DNA of 32,689 nt from Tubiluchus corallicola (taxonomy: Eukaryota > Animalia > Priapulida), in NCBI GenBank assembly GCA_030141605.1, contig JAQGDQ010001607.1, forward strand, positions 1 to 32,689, read 5' to 3'. This document shows, piece after piece, positions 23,976 through 32,689 of this stretch; the first letter of the stretch is position 1; every line of letters begins with the position of its first letter. A program made the position numbers and the translations under genes. Under the pieces are notes generated by a model. It made no database searches, had not been told where the DNA came from, and worked only from the letters and a program-made list of their open reading frames with translations.

Positions 23976-24154
23976 AAGTACAGTAAGATTAGAGGGAAAT
24001 TTAAGCTATTTCAATGTTATAACAAGCCTAAAAAAGGAGGGAATGAGATGAAGAAATTATGAAAGAGAGATGAACAAGAAGACAAACAATGTAATATTCA
24101 CAAGTCAAGTTAACCAAACGTGAAGTAATTATGAGACGAACTTCGCGACACACT

Positions 24155-24499
24155 TTACTTTGTTACTAGTTAATGTCTTACTTTGTTACTAGTTAATGTC
24201 TTACTTTGTTACTAGTTAATGTCTTACTTTGTTACTAGTTAATGTCTTACTTTGTTACTAGTTAATGTCTTACTTTGTTACTAGTTAATGTCTTACTTTG
24301 TTACTAGTTAATGTCTTACTTTGTTACTAGTTAATGTCTTACTTTGTTACTAGTTAATGTCTTACTTTGTTACTAGTTAATGTCTTACTTTGTTACTAGT
24401 TAATGTCTTACTTTGTTACTAGTTAATGTCTTACTTTGTTACTAGTTAATGTCTTACTTTGTTACTAGTTAATGTCTTACTTTGTTACTAGTTAATGTC
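24155..24499. repeat. 23-bp minisatellite, 15 apparently identical copies (ttactttgttactagttaatgtc)
   Basis: 345 bp = 15 x 23, with no variants seen. Confidence 0.99.
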
Positions 24500-24572
24500 G
24501 TAGAGTCCTGCTGTATTTGCTTTGTCTTTTCAACAGTATTAAACTTTTTAGTAACTTTATTGATTTTTTTAG

Positions 24573-24625
24573 TTTCTGTTACAAAGGTGCAGTTAATTGC
24601 ATTGGAGAGCCGTGTACACGAGGCA
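24573..24625 (+). CDS. Exon 18: small exon, E3 end (CFCYKGAVNCIGEPCTRG)
   Basis: ttttttag| acceptor and A|gtaagt donor. Phase 2 to 1 bridges exons 17 and 19 exactly. Confidence 0.88.
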
Positions 24626-24887
24626 GTAAGTTGATGTATTTTGTTTGTTTATTACAGTTTCACTTTAAACATTGTTGAAATGTCTTAAGTTGAACGTCTT
24701 GTTTAGTTTAAACTTAGTGTTTCATAAATGAAGCCATAAAAAATGGATTTTTCAAACTTAACAATCCGAAAAATAGATATTGTGAGAAAATAAGCCTTTT
24801 CACAGTTCCACCGATTGATGATGATTCCGAAAAGGTTAAAGGTTAAGTCTACCGTACAATGCATTTGTGTACACCTAACAATGCATA

Positions 24888-25232
24888 ATAATGCATAGTT
24901 AAGTAAGGTCCACATAAAAGAACTGAAGTTACTGAACTTATGCAGCAGACGGCTTTGGTTTACCCACATGTCACTTGACGATTGTAGTTACAACGCATTT
25001 GTGTACACTTGACAATGCCTTGCCTTCCAATCCATGTTATTGTAATAGTAACCGTTTTAACAGCTAGCTAGAACCTTACCTAGTTCATTTTTTCTTGTTC
25101 TCAAATAAGATCCTGCTAGTAAATCACTCTACACACAGACTAATGCATAGTTAAGTAAGGTCCACAGAAAAGAACTGAAGTTACTGAACTTATGCAGCAG
25201 ACGGCTTTGCTTTCCCTACATAGCACGTGACG
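24888..25232. repeat. Dispersed repeat with an internal duplication of about 85 bp (24888-24975 and 25141-25232)
   Basis: taatgcatagttaagtaaggtccaca.aaaagaactgaagttactgaacttatgcagcagacggctttg occurs twice. Part of it also matches 1-100 in reverse. Confidence 0.85.
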
Positions 25233-25472
25233 GTTGTTCTTATGACGCGTTGCTGTGGTACACTTAACCTTTGGCTTGTAGAAACTGCGCGTGCGCACAA
25301 CGAAACTATGAAAAGGCTTATTGGTACGAAACATAGATATGAACTCAGGACCTACACGTAGTCTTGTCCTCATAGCGTTAGACTTGTACTCCAAAGTTTA
25401 TATTTGACCTCGGTCTTTCCTTTACTTTTCTACCCGTACCAGACGTTTTTGAGTCAATTAAACAACTGATTA

Positions 25473-25896
25473 CCGTATTTTCCCATGTATAAGAGATCCT
25501 TTTTTGCTCAGAATTTTCACTTTAAAAATAGGGGGTCTCTTATACATGGGAGTAAGCCAACCCTTGGAGAAGTCTGCAGCTGGGTCCTCAAGGCATGGAA
25601 TGGTGTAAAGCCAGAGGTCATTATTAAATCTTTCAAGAAGTGTGGCATCTCCAATGCCATGGACGGCACAGAGGACAATGCCATTTTTGAGCAGAGTGAC
25701 TCCTCTGATGATGAACTGGCTGGAATTGCTGAAGGTCTGACTCCAGTTGATATTTTTGATGAGAGTGATGAGGAATTTAATGATTTCTATGATGAATAAA
25801 GTTATTCATTACCAAAAAACTTTTTTCCAGAATTTTTGCCTAAAAATTGAAGGGGTCTCTTATACACAAGGGTCTCTTATACATGGGAAAATACGG
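25473..25896 (+). mobile_element. Non-autonomous pogo-family (Tc1/mariner superfamily) element, 424 bp, carrying a transposase C-terminal remnant
   Basis: Perfect 24-bp TIR CCGTATTTTCCCATGTATAAGAGA with TA on both sides. The internal peptide WVLKAWNGVKPEVIIKSFKKCGISNAMDGTEDN plus an acidic tail is typical of pogo/POGK-type transposases. Confidence 0.93.
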
Positions 25897-26083
25897 TACA
25901 TTAAACGCGGGCATAATAAACTGCTCGTACTGTAGTGACATTTTGATCTTAATTACCATATTGTAATACAGATTACAAGATTAATTTCAGACTGTTAAGT
26001 AGGAATTAGTTGCAAAATGATTTAGTTAATTTTTTAATAATTGAAAATTCGTTAAGTAAATCTTGTTTGTATTTTGGGGTTAG

Positions 26084-26367
26084 CAAGAGCAACAACTGCG
26101 ACGACAACAAGAACGACGACGGCCATCGTGACAGAAGAGATTGTTACGGCTCGTACACCAGGAGTAGCTAATCAAACTTCTTGCAATCTCCACGGATGGA
26201 CAGAGTGGACAAACTCTTATGTACGGTCTTCTAACGGCAACGACGGAGATTACGAAGGCATCGCTGCCGTGTTGAAGAAAAATTTGTATCCTTGCGGAGA
26301 GGATATGGTAGTTGATATTGAGTGTAAAATTAAAGATACTCAACTCAGTTCTGATATCTCTGGCCAG
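26084..26367 (+). CDS. Exon 19: Thr-rich linker and CysD/WxxW 1 first half (TRATTATTTRTTT...CNLHGWTEWTN...GDYE...DIECK...SGQ)
   Basis: gttag| acceptor and CAG|gtaagt donor. WTEW and GDxE motifs of Mucin2_WxxW domains. Confidence 0.92.
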
Positions 26368-26402
26368 GTAAGTGAAATTAATAATGTGAACTTACATGTG
26401 AA

Positions 26403-27989
26403 CAGTGGCGGCTCATGTATAGGTCTTGTGGAACTGCAGCACCCCCTATTTTCACTGGATAGTATCACTAATGTTCAATATAATGAGTCTTTTTTCTTTA
26501 ATTCTTTCTTTGTACTTGTACATACTTGTAAATCCTTGTATGGAAGAAGAGGACGTGATGGAATCGTGCGCTTCACAGTAATGCAGTGTTTGCTGTTGTT
26601 GGAGATAACGCAGACGCACGCTTGTCTGAGATAAGAAACTGTACACTAGGTAGAAAAAGCACTGTCTCTCACACAGTACCGACACGGAAGCAGAGGACGT
26701 GACGGAATCGTGCGCTTCACTGTAATGCGGTGTTTGCTGTTGTTGGAGATAACGCAGATGCACGCTTGTCCGAGATAAGAAACTGTACACTAGGTAGAAA
26801 AAGCACTGTTGCTCACACAGTGCCGATATGGAAGCAGAGCACGTGACGGAACTGTGCGCTTCACAGTAATGCAGTGTTTGCTGTTGTTGGAGATAACGCA
26901 GATGCATGCTTGTCCGAGATAAGAAACTGTACACTAGGTAGAAAAAGCACTGTTGCTCACACAGTGCCGATATGGAAGCAGAGCACGTGACGGAACTGTG
27001 CGCTTCACAGTAATGCAGTGTTTGCTGTTGTTGGAGATAACGCAGATGCACCCTTGTCTGAGATAAGAAACTGTACACTAGGTAGAAAAAGCACTGTCTC
27101 TCACACAGTGCCGGTACGGAAGCAGAGGACGTGACGGAACTGTGCGCTTCACAGTAATGCAGTGTTTGCTGTTGTTGGAGATAACGCAGACGCACGCTTG
27201 TCTGAGATAAGAAACTGTACACTAGGTAGAAAAAGCACTGTCTCTCACACAGTGCCGACACGGAAGCAGAGCACGTGACGGAACTGTGCGCTTCACAGTA
27301 ATGCGGTGTTTGCTGTTGTCGGAGATAATGCAGATGCACGCTTGTCCAAGATAAGAAACTGTACACTAGGTAGAAAAAGCACTGTCTCTCACACAGTGCC
27401 GACACGGAAGCAGAGCACGTGATGGAACTGTGCGCTTCACAGTAATGCAGTGTTTGCTGTTGTTGGAGATAACGCAGACGCACGCTTGTCTGAGATAAGA
27501 AACTGTACACTAGGTAGAAAAAGCACTGTCTCTCACACAGTGCCGACACAGAAGCAGAGCATGGGACGGAACTGTGCGCTTCACAGTAATGCGGTGTTTG
27601 CTGTTGTTGGAGATAACGCAGACGCACGCTTGCCTGAGATAAGAAACTGTACACTAGGTAGAAAAAGCACTGTCTCTCACACAGTGCCGACCCTCTTGTG
27701 CAAGTGTAAAGTAGCGTTTGTTTTTGACTCAGCATATGTTGTGCTTAAAAACCTTGTACCAAATTCTTGAATGTCATAAAGTGTCGAATTAGATGATTAT
27801 CATGCTTCCACCTGTTCTATTTGATTTACAGTTTTTTCGATTTAAATATTTCGCAGAAAATTTAAATAATTTAATCATGGCGTTCTTGCCTCTTTTTATG
27901 TGTTTGTTTCATTTTACACAATATTAAAACAATGGCTGAAAATTTATTGAAGCAGCGCCCCCACTAATCTTAGCCACGAGCCGCCACGG
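26403..27989. mobile_element. Putative hAT-like non-autonomous element containing the 144-bp array
   Basis: Termini CAGTGGCGGCTC and GAGCCGCCACGG (11/12 inverted match), with a subterminal gcagcRccccc motif at both ends. No 8-bp TSD is recognisable. Confidence 0.6.
26540..27691. repeat. 144-bp satellite, about 8 copies
   Basis: Unit ggaagcagagSacgtgacggaactgtgcgcttcacagtaatgc...tcacacagtgccgacac. The antisense ORF shows a 48-codon period. Confidence 0.97.
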
Positions 27990-28118
27990 ACTAAACAATT
28001 CAGTATTTTAGACATTTTACCATTTTTTCCTGTTTCAACTGAGTGATTTATGAAAACTTGTAATGTACTGTAGATTCCACTAGTGTAGAAACTCAGATTT
28101 TTTATATGTGATGCTGTA

Positions 28119-28210
28119 GGTGTTGTGTTGCCACCTTAAAGTTGTGTTGCCATCTTGAAGTTGTGTTGCCATTTTGTGACAAGTGTGTTGCCACATTGGA
28201 ATTGTGTTAT
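28119..28210. repeat. Short diverged ~19-21-bp tandem repeat (gttgtgttgcca...), about 5 copies
   Basis: Seen directly. Confidence 0.8.
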
Positions 28211-28388
28211 CTTAGATCTTTATTCATCGAATCACAATATATTCTCTACTTTTCAAGGATGAACATTCAAATTCAGTTCATCAAGCTTTTCAAATGTTTC
28301 CCAGAAAAAGGCAAATAAGAGAAGACTAAAGATTAGGAGAGTACAGAGACCCCATTACTGAGGCATTAAAATGCTCTTTTACACAATA

Positions 28389-28815
28389 CAGTCGACCCTT
28401 GTTAAACCGGACCCCGTTAGCCCGGATATCGGATAAGACGGACGTCATCCGTGGTAAAGGAAACTGACCGATTTCCGTCCGAGCCGGAGCGCTAAACACA
28501 ACACGACCTACCAACTGTACAATAATTTCTTTATCCTCACAGGTTAACTATTTTAAAGTAATATACAGTATAGTATATAGTGCACAGTATATAAGCCTTA
28601 TTACGGTGATTATTCCTGTATAATATAGACCATATATAGGCATATAGGATAAATCGGACAATCGGGTAATAGGCCTTATTAAGGTGATTATTCCTGTATA
28701 ATATAGACCATATATAGGCATATCGGATAAATCGGACAATCGGCTAAACCAGACCACCACACCCCCCCCCCCACCCCCCCACCCCCAATTAGTCCGGTTT
28801 AACGAGGGTTGACTG
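28389..28815. mobile_element. Tigger/pogo-like MITE, 427 bp, with an internal duplication of about 78 bp
   Basis: TA-CAGTCGACCCTTGTTAAACCGGAC and GTCCGGTTTAACGAGGGTTGACTG-TA form a 22/24 inverted match with a TA TSD. Confidence 0.92.
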
Positions 28816-28986
28816 TATAAGAATGCATACTTTTTTTTCTTATATATCATTGTCATGATGGATTGAGGGTACTTCGAAATGGATTCTATCCTGTATCTTC
28901 TTTGCTTAACTGTCATCTTCAAAGTACTTCAACCTGGTTACATAACACCATGGAAATGCTGCTGTAATATAAATGTTCTCTTGTAG

Positions 28987-29092
28987 GATCTAATATGTGA
29001 CAGAAAGAAGGGTCTTGTTTGCCATAACTCAGATCAGCTATTTGGACAGCTCTGTTACGATTATGAAGTTAGAGTTTTCTGCAATTGTCCAG
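28987..29092 (+). CDS. Exon 20: CysD 1 second half (DLICDRKKGLVCHNSDQ...CYDYEVRVFCNCP)
   Basis: cttgtag| acceptor and G|gtttgc donor. GLxC and CxDYEVRVxC CysD motifs. Confidence 0.93.
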
Positions 29093-29275
29093 GTTTGCTG
29101 TCTTGATTTCCAGTTTAGATTATAAACTAACATTTCCTATGCGAGTGTGACACATGTGAACGATAAATTCTCAGAATTTTCGCAGGTTTGATTTTAGCAA
29201 CGAAAAATCGTGGATTTTGATGCCCTTTGTTGATCTTGATGATGTAGTTTTTATTGCTTTATTATTTTGTTGCAG

Positions 29276-29335
29276 TGATTGAGACCACAACAACGAAAGC
29301 ACCGCGTAGGCGCACCACAGTGCCACCTATCCGAA
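29276..29335 (+). CDS. Exon 21: short Thr/Pro linker (VIETTTTKAPRRRTTVPPIR)
   Basis: ttgttgcag| acceptor and A|gtacgt donor. 60 nt, phase 1 to 1, GC-rich. Supported mainly by splice sites and composition. Confidence 0.75.
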
Positions 29336-29352
29336 GTACGTAGTGTATTATT

Positions 29353-31050
29353 ACTTGTTTAAAAACAAATGGTTTCAATCTTAAATATAGCAAGAGTTGA
29401 ATTAACTAGGAATTACTTTGTTTAAAACCCAATGGTTTCAATTTAAAATATAGCAAGAGTTGAATTAACTAGGAATTACCTTGTTTAAAGACAAATGGTT
29501 TCAATCTTAAATATAGCAAGAGTTGAATTAACTAGGAATTACTTTTTGTTAAAGACAAATGGTTTCAATCTTAAATATAGCAAGAGTTGAATTAACTAGG
29601 ATTTACTTTTTGTTAAAGACAAATGGTTTCAATCTTAAATATAGCAAGAGTTGAATTAACTAGGATTTACTTTTTGTTAAAGACAAATGGTTTCAATCTT
29701 AAATATAGCAAGGATTGAATTAACTAGGATTTACTTTTTGTTAAAGACAAATGGTTTCAATCTTAAATATAACAAGAGTTGAATTAACTAGGAATTACTT
29801 TGTTTAAAGACAAATGGTTTCAATCTAAAATATAGCAAGAGTTGAATTAACTAGGAATTACTTTGTTTAAAGACAAATGGTTTCAATCTTAAATATAGCA
29901 AGAGTTGAATTAACTAGGAATTACTTTGTTTAAAGACAAATGGTTTCAATCTTAAATATAGCAAGAGTTGAATTAACTAGGAATTACTTTTTGTTAAAGA
30001 CAAATGGTTTCAATCTTAAATATAGCAAGGATTGAATTAACTAGGATTTACTTTTTGTTAAAGACAAATGGTTTCAATCTTAAATATAACAAGAGTTGAA
30101 TTAACTAGGAATTACTTTTTGTTAAAGACAAATGGTTTCAATCTAAAATATAGCAAGAGTTGAATTAACTAGGAATTACTTTGTTTAAAGACAAATGGTT
30201 TCAATCTTAAATATAGCAAGAGTTGAATTAACTAGGAATTACTTTGTTTAAAGACAAATGGTTTCAATCTTAAATATAGCAAGAGTTGAATTAACTAGGA
30301 ATTACTTTGTTTAAAGACAAATTGTTTCAATCTTGAATATAGCAAGAGTTGAATTAACTAGGAATTACTTTGTTTAAAGACAAATGGTTTCAATCTTAAA
30401 TATAGCAAGAGTTGAATTAACTAGGAATTACTTTGTTTAAAGACAAATGGTTTCAATCTTAAATATAGGAAGAGTTGAATTAACTAGGAATTACTTTGTT
30501 TAAAGACAAATGGTTTCAATCTTGAATATAGCAAGGGTTGAATTAACTAGGAATTACTTTGTTTAAAGACAAATGGTTTCAATCTTAAATATAGGAAGAG
30601 TTGAATTAACTAGGAATTACTTTGTTTAAAACCAAATGGTATCAATCTAAAATATAGGAAGAGTTGAATTAACTAGGAATTACTTTGTTTAAAGACAACT
30701 GGTTTCAATCTTAAATATAGCAAGAGTTGAATTAACTAGGAATTACTTTTTGTTAAAGACAAATGGTTTCAATCTTAAATATAGCAAGAGTTGAATTAAC
30801 TAGGATTTACTTTTTGTTAAAGACAAATGGTTTCAATCTTAAATATAGCAAGGGTTGAATTAACTGGGATTTACTTTTTGTTAAAGACAAATGGTTTCAA
30901 TCTTAAATATAACAAGAGTTGAATTAACTAGGAATTACTTTTTGTTAAAGACAAATGGTTTCAATCTAAAATATAGCAAGAGTTGAATTAACTAGGAATT
31001 ACTTTGTTTAAAGACAAATGGTTTCAATCTTAAATATAGCAAGAGTTGAA
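29353..31050 (+). repeat. 63/64-bp satellite, about 27 copies (attaactaggaattactttgtttaaagacaaatggtttcaatcttaaatatagcaagagttga)
   Basis: 63-bp period seen at 29401/29464. Confidence 0.98.
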
Positions 31051-31843
31051 ATATTTAGGTGGTTTTTCCATTAAACATGTAACATGTATTGATTTGATAG
31101 CTGTTTTTTGGTGAAAGGTGTTTGTCTGCGAATGCTACTCCAAAAATATTGCTGCGATTTCCAAACAAAGATCTTTCTCCAGTTTGCAAATTCTATAGTT
31201 TAAGACCGCCAGACATTGGGTTCAAGATGTTATCTTTTAGTCTTTAGATACTAATATTGATTCTATAGCTTGATGGTTGAAGGTTCATATTCGACTCCAG
31301 TTAATTTTTTTTACATCTTTTCTCTGCTGACCATTGTCCAGACTTCAAAATTATAATAAATAAGACATTTATTTTGTCGTTTGATTTTCCCATGAATTTC
31401 AAATCATGCAGTGAACAGAGACTTTATTTTTGTGTAAACTCAGGTGAAGGGGTTAATTTAATTGTTTTGATGGGTAGTTAGGGACTGAAGTGTAAAAACC
31501 CAAATTCTGATCATTAAATGGATGGGTGGATGTTTTTTTATTTCATCTGCCGTAATGCTTATCCCTATGCCTCTTGTTGAGGGAAGTTGTCGTAGTTTGT
31601 CTAATTGTAACTCATTTTACACATTAGTTTGAACATTAAACCAGATTCCAGTACTGCCACAAGCATCTAATAGGTCTTGCGTGTTTTATCCTGGCTTGCT
31701 GTGTCAAAGTGTTTAAAAAGCTGTCAAAGGCAATCAGTATGCACTGTGCGATGTCGTTGTCGATATTATATGATGTGGCTTCGTGAAAATCTTTCAAGAA
31801 ATTTCAGTTCCTGTCGGTGATCTTTACCCTCGCGTTTTTTCAG

Positions 31844-32020
31844 CCGGTTGTTACGTCCCCGGTTGGACGCCGTGGATCAGCTTTAGTACGCCACACGGAC
31901 ATCTGGTAGAAGCCGAGAAGATAACCGAGATAAGAAAACATTTTCCGCTATGTCCCGTTGAAGAAATTGAGGAGACTCAGTGTCGTGACGTGAAAACAAA
32001 GGTTTCATTTGAGAGCACAG
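31844..32020 (+). CDS. Exon 22: CysD/WxxW 2 first half (TGCYVPGWTPWISF...LCP...QCRDVKTKVSFEST)
   Basis: ttttttcag| acceptor and G|gttagt donor. WTPW motif. 177 nt, phase 1 to 1. Confidence 0.9.
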
Positions 32021-32321
32021 GTTAGTGAAATTTTCCTTTTCTTGGTAATTATGGTAATTAAATTGCAGTTAATTTGTGAAGTAAGCAGTACCTGTCTTCG
32101 GTTGCCGTTAATTAACTTTTCAGGTTAATTATCAGTAAGAATAAATATATTATTAAGGATAAATAAATTAGTCAAATATTAGAAATGACTGCTAGCATTT
32201 ATAGGCAAGAAATTGTATATTTTGAACAGTAAATGTCCAAAGATTTTGTCTAATCAATCATCTGATTTTCCTTTAATCTGCACACTTACTTCTACGTGAG
32301 GAACGGTAACGGTCACCTCTG

Positions 32322-32689
32322 ACCCTTGCTATATTTAAGATTGAAACCATTTGTCTTTAAACAAAGTAATTCCTAGTTAATTCAACCCTTGCTATATTCA
32401 AGATTGAAACAATTTGTCTTTAAACAAAGTAATTCCTAGTTAATTCAACTCTTGCTATATTCAAGATTGAAACAATTTGTCTTTAAACAAAGTAATTCCT
32501 AGTTAATTCAACCCTTGCTATATTCAAGATTGAAACAATTTGTCTTTAAACAAAGTAATTCCTGGTTAATTCAACTCTTGCTATATTTAAGATTGAAACC
32601 ATTTGTCTTTAAACAAGGTAATTCCTAGTTAATTCAACTCTTGCTATATTTAAGATTGAAACCATTTGTCTTTAAACAAAGTAATTCCT
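32322..32689 (-). repeat. The same 63-bp satellite in inverted orientation, at least 5.8 copies, running off the window end
   Basis: cttgctatatttaagattgaaaccatttgtctttaaacaaagtaattcctagttaattcaact is the reverse complement of the 29353-31050 unit. Confidence 0.98.

Noticed and set aside
25485-25799. 104-aa ORF as a functional transposase gene
   Set aside because: It lacks the DNA-binding and catalytic regions, and its ATG lies in the TIR, so it is a deletion remnant.
26452-27735. 427-aa minus-strand ORF with 48-aa Cys/His/Gln repeats (possible nested gene)
   Set aside because: It coincides with the 144-bp array, has no zinc-finger spacing or other domain, and has no non-repeat coding flanks.
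26084-29335. Classical large mucin PTS domain
   Set aside because: Only two short Thr-rich linkers are present. A long PTS exon could lie downstream but is not seen here.

Overview
AT-rich eukaryotic genomic DNA, most likely from an invertebrate animal. The whole window lies inside one large multi-exon gene on the + strand. I traced 22 GT-AG exons (330-32020) whose splice phases join into one open frame of 3865 nt (about 1288 aa). They encode the end of VWD1, then C8-TIL-E / VWD2-C8-TIL-E / TIL'-E' / VWD3-C8-TIL-E, then short Thr-rich linkers and two WxxW (CysD/Mucin2_WxxW-type) domains. This is a hemocytin/hemolectin-like member of the VWF/gel-forming mucin family, and neither its start nor its stop is in the window. 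The introns contain at least 8 different minisatellite arrays plus microsatellites (roughly 9 kb, over a quarter of the window), pogo/Tigger-type MITEs, a hAT-like element, LINE 3' fragments, tRNA-derived SINEs and unclassified dispersed repeats. Nearly all long ORFs in the supplied track are repeat artefacts. Three observations stand out. (1) A 51-copy, 36-bp satellite is built from the gene's own 3' splice site plus the first 9 coding bases of exon 3, so it forms an in-register array of decoy or alternative acceptors. (2) The same 63-bp satellite sits in inverted orientation on either side of a frame-symmetric exon. (3) Two different satellites appear to have grown from adjacent segments of one MITE family.
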